From the IMG/VR virus record IMGVR_UViG_3300049595_005065: DNA of 64,000 nucleotides. The stretch is one strand, 5' to 3'. This DNA is from a virus (Duplodnaviria; Caudoviricetes). Positions within the stretch are counted from its first letter, which is position 1. The number at the start of each line of letters is the position of its first letter. Of the stretch, positions 20,082-27,897 are shown piece by piece. The position numbers and the translations under genes were made by a program. Below the pieces are notes generated by a model. It searched no databases. It had not been told where the DNA came from and saw nothing but the letters and a program-made list of their open reading frames with translations.

Positions 20082-21992
20082 GTGGCGCAGCCCCGACGGT
20101 TCGTGCTCAGCCACAAGCGTGCGCCCGGCGACACGATCGTCATGACGGCGCTCGTTCGGGACCTGGCGCTGGCCTACCCCGGCCAGTTCGAGATCGCCGT
20201 GGACACCAACGCCGCGGCCTTCTGGGAGAACAACCCCTACATCGTCCCCATGCGGGACATGAAGGCGCACTCGGGCGTGCGCAACGTCCGGCTCACCTAC
20301 GGCCAGGGGCTGCGGGACCAGCGCCAGGAGACTGTTCATTTCCTTGCCTATTTTCACAGGGACTTCAAAGCCCAAACCGGCATCCAGGTCCCGCTGACTC
20401 TTCCATACCCGGACATCCATCTGAGCCCCGAGGAACGCGCCCAGAGCCCCGTGGAGGGCCGCTACTGGGTGTTTCTCTCCGGGGGCAAGTCGGACTTCAC
20501 CACCAAGGTCTGGGGCGCCCAGGCGTGGCGCCAGACGGTCCAGGCGCTGACCGGCCTGGGGATCCCCCTGGTCCAGATCGGGGCGGCCAGCCAGGGGCAC
20601 TGGCACCCCGAGATCCCCGGCGCGCTGAACCTGGTCGGACGCACCGACCTGCGCGACTGGGTGCGGCTGGTTTACCACGCCGACGGGGTGATCTGCGGTG
20701 TTACCGGCGCCATGCACCTGGCGGCTGCCCTGCAGCGCCCCTGCGTCGTTCTGGCGGGCGGCAGGGAAGCCTGGTGGTGGGAGGCCTATGTCCGGGAGAA
20801 CGCCGGTCTGGGAGGCCTCCAGACGGCGCAGCAGCTCGCCATGCCCCACCGATTCCTCCACACGATCGGCCAGCTGGACTGCTGCCTGGCGCACGGCTGC
20901 TGGAAGAACAAGGTCCTGCCCATGAACAGCGACCCGTCCATCTGCAAATACCCGGTCGTCCAGCCGGGCCAGGCGGTGGCAAAATGCCTGGACATGATCA
21001 CCCCGGAACACGTCGTCGAGGCCGTCATGAGCTATTACGAGGACCGCAGCCTACCGCCCCTGAAGCCCCTGGATGAGGTTGTACGCTACCGTTCACCGGC
21101 CGTGAACGATCCCGTTCATCCGGCCGTGTATCCGAAACTCGCCGCCGATGCCCGCCTGGCCGTAGAAGCGCCGCCCGCGCAGGCCGCTAGCCGCCCGGGG
21201 ACGGCCGAGGACAAAGATATCTTTGACCACCCGATCATCGGCGGGAAGTTCACGGTCTTCGTCCTGTTCTACGGCCCCAAGGAGTTTCACCCGCTCCACA
21301 TGCGGTGCCTGAACTCGATCATCTCGACCTGCCCGCCCAACCGGATCGACCTGCGCGTCGGCTCGAACGAGCTGTGCGAGGAGACCTGCGCCGTGCTGGA
21401 CCGCCTGGCCGAGCACGGGATCATCACCAACCACTACTGTCACCCAGAGAACGCCCTGAAGTACCCCGTGATGCGCGAGATGTTCCACGACCCGGAGCTG
21501 CCGATCACCACGAACTACCTGCTCTGGTTCGACGACGACTCGATCGCCGACCGGAACCCGCAGTGGCTCACGCTGCTCACCCAGGCGATCCTGGCCAATC
21601 CGGAGGCCGGGCTGTTCGGCGCCGACATGACGATCCGGCTGGCGGGCGCGCAGCAGCAGCTGTTTCGCGCGCGGCCCTGGTATCGGGGCAAGCCGTTCCG
21701 TCTGAAGAACAAGACCCCCGCGCCCAACGGCGACCACGCGGTGTTCGTGGCGGGCGGCTTCTGGTGCATGAAGACCGAGGCGATGCGCGCCGCCGATGTA
21801 CCGGACCCGGAGATCACGCACAACGGCGGGGACTACACGATCGGCGAGCAGCTCTATCAGGCCGGGTATGACGTTGTCGGTTGGAACCGCCAGAAGCAGT
21901 ACATTTACACGTCGAGCGTGCCGCGGCGGGGAGCGTCGCAGCCGCACTTCGGAACGACCAACTGGCAAACCCAGATACGAGGCCAACGATGA
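20082..21992 (+). CDS. bifunctional glycosyltransferase: GT9 (ADP-heptose heptosyltransferase-like) fused to a GT-A/GT2-like domain
   Basis: GT9 motifs: PGDTIVMTALVRDL..AYP, TKVW, LVGRTDLRD...GAMHLAAALQRPCVVL. C-terminal GT-A domain with YLLWFDDDS (DxD). Confidence 0.85.
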   Translation: MAQPRRFVLSHKRAPGDTIVMTALVRDLALAYPGQFEIAVDTNAAAFWENNPYIVPMRDMKAHSGVRNVRLTYGQGLRDQRQETVHFLAYFHRDFKAQTGIQVPLTLPYPDIHLSPEERAQSPVEGRYWVFLSGGKSDFTTKVWGAQAWRQTVQALTGLGIPLVQIGAASQGHWHPEIPGALNLVGRTDLRDWVRLVYHADGVICGVTGAMHLAAALQRPCVVLAGGREAWWWEAYVRENAGLGGLQTAQQLAMPHRFLHTIGQLDCCLAHGCWKNKVLPMNSDPSICKYPVVQPGQAVAKCLDMITPEHVVEAVMSYYEDRSLPPLKPLDEVVRYRSPAVNDPVHPAVYPKLAADARLAVEAPPAQAASRPGTAEDKDIFDHPIIGGKFTVFVLFYGPKEFHPLHMRCLNSIISTCPPNRIDLRVGSNELCEETCAVLDRLAEHGIITNHYCHPENALKYPVMREMFHDPELPITTNYLLWFDDDSIADRNPQWLTLLTQAILANPEAGLFGADMTIRLAGAQQQLFRARPWYRGKPFRLKNKTPAPNGDHAVFVAGGFWCMKTEAMRAADVPDPEITHNGGDYTIGEQLYQAGYDVVGWNRQKQYIYTSSVPRRGASQPHFGTTNWQTQIRGQR

Positions 21993-22345
21993 GCTGGATC
22001 ACGCTGAGCCGCGATGACTTCTTCAAAATCGTCGCGGCGCCGGATTTCATTGAGCACAATCCGGCCTTTGCGCCGGTGCAGGAAAACCTGGCGCAGTGCA
22101 AGGCGGCCTACGACGAAAGCGCCAAGAAAAAAAGCTGCAGCTGCGGCGGATCTCCGCAGCTGATCTTCGGCTGCCTTGACGCCACCGTTGAGTTGCTGGA
22201 GCGCTTTCGGGAAGAGAACCCCGCGGCCGTTGCGGCGCTGCTGGCGTACGTGCAGCAGAAACGGAACGACCCGAGAATTAACGGGTTTACGTTATACTAT
22301 CGCAAGACGGCGCAGGAACCGTTGCGTAAGGTCAAGATCCCATGA
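21989..22345 (+). CDS. hypothetical protein (CSC motif)
   Basis: ATGA overlap with the GT stop; 118 aa. Confidence 0.7.
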   Translation: MSWITLSRDDFFKIVAAPDFIEHNPAFAPVQENLAQCKAAYDESAKKKSCSCGGSPQLIFGCLDATVELLERFREENPAAVAALLAYVQQKRNDPRINGFTLYYRKTAQEPLRKVKIP

Positions 22346-22647
22346 GCCAACCAGATCCGGCGCAGTCCAAGCTGTATTTCGGCAACCGGCATCAGGCCCT
22401 GGCCGACGGCGAGGCGGCGATCGCCATCAAGGTGCGGCTGCGGGATTTCAAGGGTCGCCCGGTGCCCGGTCGCCTGGTCGAGCTGGCCGCCGATCGCGCA
22501 GGCGTCGAGATCGAGCAGCCGCAGCCGACCGACAACACGGGCCTGGCGCTGGGCTACGTCCGCGCGACAACGCCTGGGCCAGTCAACATCAGCGGCACCG
22601 TGCTGCCAGAGGACGAAGCAGGAAGCTCGTCCATGGCGTTTATTTAA
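22342..22647 (+). CDS. bacterial Ig-like (Big_1) domain protein
   Basis: ADGEAAIAIKVRLRDFKGRPVPG..V..A......TDNTGLA matches the invasin/intimin group-1 Ig pattern. Confidence 0.7.
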   Translation: MSQPDPAQSKLYFGNRHQALADGEAAIAIKVRLRDFKGRPVPGRLVELAADRAGVEIEQPQPTDNTGLALGYVRATTPGPVNISGTVLPEDEAGSSSMAFI

Positions 22648-22678
22648 CGCGCTTGTGTGAAATGCCAGGGAGGGCAGT

Positions 22679-23218
22679 ATGAGTTGCGACCAGTCTTCGT
22701 CCTACGGCGGCGCGATCGATCTGAACGAGACGATCGGGATCAACTTCTACGCCCCCGATCCGCCGGTCACGCCGCCCAACGGCAGCGGACGGCGCATCCA
22801 GCTCACCTGGAGCGTGAGCCGTTACTACTTCCACGGCACTGACGGCGTGCGGGTGCGCATCGAGGCGGCCGAGGCCGCGCTGATGCCCGACAAGGTCTTC
22901 GCGTATTTGCTGCTCCCCATGAAGCCCGCGGCCGGTGAGCGGGAGGGCGCGTTCAGCCACATCTGTTCGCCCACCGACCTGGCCGAGTATCCCGAGGACG
23001 ATCCGCTTCCAGGCGTCCGCCCGGAGTTCTTCCGGCTCAACTACGTCGACGTGCAGCTCCGCTCGCGCTCCGAGGCCAAGGCGTTCATCCAGGATGTCTG
23101 CGACGACGTGCAGCGCCTCAAGAACACACTCGACCTCATGGACACGCTGCAGACCGGCGGCTCGCTTTGGATCGGCGGCGCACCTGCCCCCGACGTTTCC
23201 TCCTCGGAGAGCCTGTGA
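22679..23218 (+). CDS. hypothetical (probably structural) protein
   Basis: 179 aa, SD GGGAGG, ends in SSSESL. Confidence 0.7.
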   Translation: MSCDQSSSYGGAIDLNETIGINFYAPDPPVTPPNGSGRRIQLTWSVSRYYFHGTDGVRVRIEAAEAALMPDKVFAYLLLPMKPAAGEREGAFSHICSPTDLAEYPEDDPLPGVRPEFFRLNYVDVQLRSRSEAKAFIQDVCDDVQRLKNTLDLMDTLQTGGSLWIGGAPAPDVSSSESL

Positions 23219-23520
23219 TGACGGAGCTCGCAATCATCGAAGATAGCACGATCCTGACCATGATCCGCAACCCGCAGTTCACCGAGACGGTGCCGTGCCT
23301 CTACAACAAGGCCGGGCTGTTCCAGTCGACCGGCGCCGGGTGCGGCAGCTGCGCGCGCAAGCGCCAGGCGAAGCAGCGCGCGGAGCTGGCGCGGATCAAG
23401 ACGTGCCTCGCGAGCATGAGCTCCGAAAAGAAGATCGCGCTCAAGCAGCTGCTCAACGCGAAGAAGGTGCGAGTCAGCTACGTGAACGCGTCCGGCAACG
23501 TGGTGCAGCACACGTTCTAA
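23218..23520 (+). CDS. small basic CxxC protein
   Basis: TGATG overlap; GCGSCARKRQAK. Confidence 0.7.
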   Translation: MTELAIIEDSTILTMIRNPQFTETVPCLYNKAGLFQSTGAGCGSCARKRQAKQRAELARIKTCLASMSSEKKIALKQLLNAKKVRVSYVNASGNVVQHTF

Positions 23521-23595
23521 GCCGCAGCTAAATTTTGACACAAATCACGGCATATAAGGTGTACCACCAATATTGGTTTTGGCGGTACTTCCTTC

Positions 23596-23982
23596 ATGGA
23601 GGTTTTTGCCGTGACCACTGTCACCTGGACTGAGCTGGAAACGATCGAAGGGATTATCAACGGGGCCATCATGCCCGAAGCCCTGCCGTTTGCGGCACTC
23701 TCAATCGACGAGCAGGCGGCCGTGATTTCTCAGATCGACGACGCCTGCGACGACATCGCCGCCGCGGTCGTCGAGGCCTATCCGGATCTCGACGATCCGG
23801 CGCAGCGGAATGAACGCCTCCGCCGCTACAAGGCCGAGGTCGTCCGGCGCCAGGACCCAGCGGTCCGGGCCATGTACGCGGAGTACTTCGACACCATCAT
23901 GGGTGTCTGTCTCCGGAACGCTTCTGGGCCGCGCGCTTTTGTCTCTGACGAGAGCGGCTGCCTGGATCCTGTCGCGGCCTGA
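23596..23982 (+). CDS. hypothetical protein
   Basis: 128 aa, typical codon bias. Confidence 0.7.
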   Translation: MEVFAVTTVTWTELETIEGIINGAIMPEALPFAALSIDEQAAVISQIDDACDDIAAAVVEAYPDLDDPAQRNERLRRYKAEVVRRQDPAVRAMYAEYFDTIMGVCLRNASGPRAFVSDESGCLDPVAA

Positions 23983-23985
23983 GCT

Positions 23986-24107
23986 GCGACAAAACTCCTC
24001 ACCACCCGTTCGTGGCGCGGCTGCGTAGCCGGGCACGAGCATATCTTTCTCTGATATGTTCGTGCTCCGGTTACGCAGCCCCCACGCTAGTTACCTTGTC
24101 GCTTTTT
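23986..24107 (+). ncRNA. long intergenic stem-loop (candidate structured RNA or processing site)
   Basis: 27-bp stem, 24019-24045 with 24053-24080, containing two G.U pairs and one bulge. Outer pairings: CGTGG/CCACG and GCGACAA/TTGTCGC, then TTTTT. Confidence 0.5.
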
Positions 24108-24126
24108 CCTTTGCTATCAGCGATTC

Positions 24127-24636
24127 ATGAAGAAACACACGCTTCCCAAAGGGCCGCCTGTCAAACGCCTGCCCTTCAAGATGAAAGCGCCGAACGACAA
24201 TCTCGAGGCGTACGGTTGGTCGCTGCAGTGGCTGCGCTACCCGGCGGCCGACGACCCGCAAATCGCCGGTCGCCCGGTGTTTCATCTGGCCACGGATCTC
24301 AGAACGATCAAGAAATACGGCGTCGACCTGTCGTTCATCGACCCGAAGTACATCCAGTACATGCTCGACCAGCGCCCCGAGATCAAGAAGGGCGTAGAAA
24401 AAGTCAGGGCCGCGGGTTACACGCCCGAGGCCCTGGAGAAGTTTCGCGATACGGTCGTCAAGACGTTCGAGAACCACGTCCTGATCGACATCTGCCAGCA
24501 GTTCTTCAAGGTTGCTCCGCTCGTCGCCGAGTTCTACGCCGCCAAGCTTGCCTACGAGGGCGTGCATGGCGCGGAAAAGGACGAGGAGGAAGACGAGCCT
24601 CAAAGAGAGGCCAAGACCACGAAGTCCCGGCGGTAG
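24127..24636 (+). CDS. hypothetical protein
   Basis: 169 aa, typical codon bias. Confidence 0.75.
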   Translation: MKKHTLPKGPPVKRLPFKMKAPNDNLEAYGWSLQWLRYPAADDPQIAGRPVFHLATDLRTIKKYGVDLSFIDPKYIQYMLDQRPEIKKGVEKVRAAGYTPEALEKFRDTVVKTFENHVLIDICQQFFKVAPLVAEFYAAKLAYEGVHGAEKDEEEDEPQREAKTTKSRR

Positions 24637-24878
24637 CCAACAACCGGGCCGCGCTTGCCCAGAAGCAGCTCGTCGTCGGTCTTGCCGTCGGCGTCGACAG
24701 GGTACGGACCGCTGGCGTTTGAGACACCCGGGCGATTCAGCCCAGCCTCGGCGGCCTTCTGCAGTACCATGTTTGCGGTGCTTGCGGCGAGCAGCGGCTC
24801 GATGCTTTTGCTCGTCACCACGTAGTCGGCCCGACCGTTCGTGACCTTCGACAACTCATCCAGAATGGAAACACTCAT
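24600..24878 (-). CDS. hypothetical protein
   Basis: 92 aa, strong GC3 bias, SD GGAGGT upstream of the ATG at 24878. Confidence 0.7.
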   Translation of the reverse strand: MSVSILDELSKVTNGRADYVVTSKSIEPLLAASTANMVLQKAAEAGLNRPGVSNASGPYPVDADGKTDDELLLGKRGPVVGYRRDFVVLASL

Positions 24879-25353
24879 GGAAACCTCCGAGAACCAGGAA
24901 CTAACCGTAACGCTGGCCAGTCTAGCGCCGATTCTGAAGCTCGACAAGTTGCAACTGCGCTCGGCGGCCCGCGTTTACAACTACGCCGACGAAAGCGCCG
25001 CCCTGCCCAGATTCGTCACCCTGCGGTTGCTTCTGACCGACCTCTTGGAGCGGCTGGCATTTTTGAAACCCAGCCAGCGCCAGGCGATTCTGGAACGATA
25101 CGATCAGGACATCGACGACAACCAAGACCAGTGGGAGACCCTGGCTTTCGCAGACGGCAACTGGGTCACCTGGACCGGCCATTACGGCTGGCTGGACTTA
25201 ACAACCGGCGACGTCGTGACCGCTCTCCCCGACGCTCCGGTGGAGACCATTGGGTACAATCTGGTGACACTGCATCACCGGGCGATCGCCCAGCTCAGGA
25301 AAAGGATTTCCGATGGCCAAGAACATTCTGCAGGAAGCGTGGACCAGCCGTGA
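24877..25353 (+). CDS. hypothetical protein
   Basis: 158 aa; alternative ATG at 24865. Confidence 0.7.
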   Translation: METSENQELTVTLASLAPILKLDKLQLRSAARVYNYADESAALPRFVTLRLLLTDLLERLAFLKPSQRQAILERYDQDIDDNQDQWETLAFADGNWVTWTGHYGWLDLTTGDVVTALPDAPVETIGYNLVTLHHRAIAQLRKRISDGQEHSAGSVDQP

Positions 25354-25987
25354 AACTTTTGCGACGGTCCTCCTGACTCTCTTCCTGGACCGCTTCGGCA
25401 TGGAGGCCCTCGACTGGGACCCGGCCACCGTCACGCTGGAGATAGAGGAAGAGTTCGACGTCGATCTGCCGCGGCTGAGCCTCGACAAGCTCATGGTGGC
25501 AATTCAAATCCTGACCACAGACCGTTTTCACAAGTCGCTCCCCGACTTCGTGGAATTCTGCAATGTACTAGGCGGCGACACCTACAGCCCCCAGACGTTT
25601 GACCCGGCCGACGCCGAGGAGGTCGCCTGGGGGATCACCGAGAGCATGCTCATCGCCCCACCGGACGACGCGGACACCGAGCCGTTCAGCGACGAGATCC
25701 GGGCCTACATCGGCGCCGTGCTCGACCAGGAAGGGATTATCAACGCCCCTGACGTCCTGCGGATCGCCCTGCGCCGCGCGCGCATCTCGCCGTCAATCGA
25801 GGACTTCTCGGACGACCCGGAGATGTTCAGCGCAGTTTACGGGCTCGAGTCCGCGAAGACCGACGAGATAAATCAAACTATCGTCACGAAGACGCAGATT
25901 CTGGCCGCTCAGCTAGCGGCGCTGCAGCTTCAGAACGGAAACACTCAATCAGTCGCCAAGATGCTGCATGACTCTGTGCAGCGCTAG
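25313..25987 (+). CDS. conserved phage hypothetical protein
   Basis: 224 aa acidic globular ORF with typical codon bias. Confidence 0.75.
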   Translation: MAKNILQEAWTSRETFATVLLTLFLDRFGMEALDWDPATVTLEIEEEFDVDLPRLSLDKLMVAIQILTTDRFHKSLPDFVEFCNVLGGDTYSPQTFDPADAEEVAWGITESMLIAPPDDADTEPFSDEIRAYIGAVLDQEGIINAPDVLRIALRRARISPSIEDFSDDPEMFSAVYGLESAKTDEINQTIVTKTQILAAQLAALQLQNGNTQSVAKMLHDSVQR

Positions 25988-26002
25988 GCAGAAGGGAACA
26001 TT

Positions 26003-26206
26003 ATGCTCGTCCTTTCTCGCAAGAGGAACGAGAAACTACTCATTGGCCACGACGTGAAGATTACGGTCGTCGAGATATTGCCCGATCGGGTTCGCTTAGG
26101 AATCGAAGCGCCAGAGCAGGTGAGCGTGGTGCGCGCCGAACTGGCCAAGAACTGGCACGGCCGCAAGAAGGCCGGAGAAAATGGGGTGGAACGACCGCCT
26201 GCCTGA
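26003..26206 (+). CDS. csrA: carbon storage regulator CsrA/RsmA family RNA-binding protein
   Basis: MLVLSRKRNEKLLIGHDVKITVVEILPDRVRLGIEAPEQVSVVRAEL is the canonical CsrA signature, including the R.E motif near position 44. Confidence 0.95.
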   Translation: MLVLSRKRNEKLLIGHDVKITVVEILPDRVRLGIEAPEQVSVVRAELAKNWHGRKKAGENGVERPPA

Positions 26207-26495
26207 CTGTGAAGCAGGCTGGCCCACAGAAGAAGAGCGCCAGTCATTCTTCGACTGGCAGGAATATCAGCATTATTGCGCGATGCTCGACGCGGAAATC
26301 GAGCGCGAGTCTGCGCCGCCTGTCCCCGAACGGATGGGCATCTCTTCGCAGACCATTGACCCCGACAGCTTCGAGGGCCTGTCCAAAGATATCTATTCAG
26401 ACCGCCCCCTCACACCAAAGGAGTTTGCCCATGCCCGCAACCAAGACCAAGGCCAAGACCAAGACCAACACCAAGATCAAGGCCAAGAAGAATAG
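26181..26495 (+). CDS. hypothetical acidic protein
   Basis: SD GGAG; overlaps the csrA end and the start of the next gene. Confidence 0.55.
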   Translation: MGWNDRLPDCEAGWPTEEERQSFFDWQEYQHYCAMLDAEIERESAPPVPERMGISSQTIDPDSFEGLSKDIYSDRPLTPKEFAHARNQDQGQDQDQHQDQGQEE

Positions 26496-26784
26496 GGTCG
26501 TCGCCCAGATCACGCCTGAGACCCTGCTCAAGGACGGCGGCCTGTTCGACGCCGTGGCGCTTTTGTGCGTCATCTTCAACCGCAAGCCCCGCCGCCCGTG
26601 CGTGCGTCAGGCCACGATATTCGCCATCAGGAACATCGCGACCATGCTGCTCGCGCAGGACAAGGACGTGCCGGATCTGATGCAGCTGCTGGATCAAGAC
26701 GCGCTGCAGGAAGGCACCGGACGCTCAACCACCAGCGAGTTCGTACAGACGTTCGAGGGGAAGAAGGTCGGACGTCGCCGCTGA
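26431..26784 (+). CDS. hypothetical protein with Lys-rich N-terminus
   Basis: SD AAGGAG; MPATKTKAKTKTNTKIKAKK. Confidence 0.7.
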   Translation: MPATKTKAKTKTNTKIKAKKNRVVAQITPETLLKDGGLFDAVALLCVIFNRKPRRPCVRQATIFAIRNIATMLLAQDKDVPDLMQLLDQDALQEGTGRSTTSEFVQTFEGKKVGRRR

Positions 26785-27897
26785 CTTCACAGCGGGCGCC
26801 AGCCCCTTCTCGGCCGCCAGGCGGTCGAGCGTCGAGGCCATGCCCCGGTCCAGGGTGGGCACGATCGCCGCGAGCTTGTCGCGGTCGAGGTACACGCCAC
26901 CGGCCGTGACGGCGTCCGCGAACTCGTCGCCCATCCAAGACCGGACATCGTCCTCGGCGAGCTTCTCGAGATCCTCGAGGTTGTAGACGTTGCCCGTGGT
27001 CGTCTCGACGTGCGCCTTCATGAAGTCCGCGGCCACCTTCTCGGTGATCGCGAACAGAACCTCTTCGGGCCGCTCCAGGCCGCCCTCGTCGTAGTAACGG
27101 TGCAGGCCGGTCGCCCGGTCGTACTCATCGACCGCGGCGGCCAGCTTGAGCCGCAGCTCCTCGCCCCGGGCTTCCTCGGGGTTGGATTCAACCACGGCGG
27201 CCAGCTTTGTCATCTCCGCGGCCAGTTCCTTCTGGCTGTGGGCGACGAGGTTGGCCCGGCCGCGCAGCATCTGGGCGGCCACCTTAGCTGCGCACGCGCC
27301 CCGGCCAGCGGCCAGCTCCAGGGTGTCGTCGGCCTCGCTCGTGTCGGCGCCGTACTCGGCCGCCTTCTCGAGGATTTTCGTGGCGATCGTGTGCCGGTCG
27401 GCGAAGGTGAACTGGTCGCGGTGCGCCTTAAAGTGGGCCGCCGCGAACTTCACCTCGGTGGCATTGCGCAGGGGCCAGTGGCGATCCTTGTTACCGGCCT
27501 CATCGGCCCACACGATGGCGAACTCGCTGTCCGGCAGACTGTTGAGGTCCGCTCCGGCAGCAGCAGCCACCTTGCCGCGGAGTTCCTTCACGAGGCCTGC
27601 GATGCCAAAATAGTTGGCAGCGGCGTCAAGCCGCTCCTCGATTTCGGCGGCCTGCTTCTCGGTGAAGGAGGCGCGCTTGTCTTCGAAGAAAAGCGCGCTG
27701 AGCCACGTTGCGGGGCCAGTGTGGCACGGATAGAGTTTGTTGAGCGGATCGGCGTACATGTGGCGCTGGAGGTTTTCACCCCCGGCAAGCCGGTCCTGGC
27801 TGGCGGACTTCACGAATTCCGGCGGCGGATAGAGAGAGGTCAGCCGATGAGTTTCCCGACCACTGATGTCTTGCGTCTGATCGAGCGGATTTAACAT
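26725..27897 (-). CDS. DUF6582-like repeat protein (possible head-associated protein)
   Basis: LPDSEFA...RHWPLRNATEVKFAAAHF...IATKILEKAAEYG, preceded by a degenerate copy. Confidence 0.55.
   Translation of the reverse strand: MLNPLDQTQDISGRETHRLTSLYPPPEFVKSASQDRLAGGENLQRHMYADPLNKLYPCHTGPATWLSALFFEDKRASFTEKQAAEIEERLDAAANYFGIAGLVKELRGKVAAAAGADLNSLPDSEFAIVWADEAGNKDRHWPLRNATEVKFAAAHFKAHRDQFTFADRHTIATKILEKAAEYGADTSEADDTLELAAGRGACAAKVAAQMLRGRANLVAHSQKELAAEMTKLAAVVESNPEEARGEELRLKLAAAVDEYDRATGLHRYYDEGGLERPEEVLFAITEKVAADFMKAHVETTTGNVYNLEDLEKLAEDDVRSWMGDEFADAVTAGGVYLDRDKLAAIVPTLDRGMASTLDRLAAEKGLAPAVKSAATSDLLPLERLYELAGG

Noticed and set aside
839-23520. Stand-alone tailocin/eCIS, or eukaryotic or giant-virus origin of the Cys/collagen genes
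   Set aside because: The same contig has a terminase, sigma factor, tRNAs, SD sites and ATGA/TGATG-coupled operons typical of a bacteriophage.
23535-23577. TTGACA promoter and ACCAATATTGGT palindrome
   Set aside because: No -10 hexamer at 16-18 nt spacing (TATAAG is at 12); the palindrome occurs only once.
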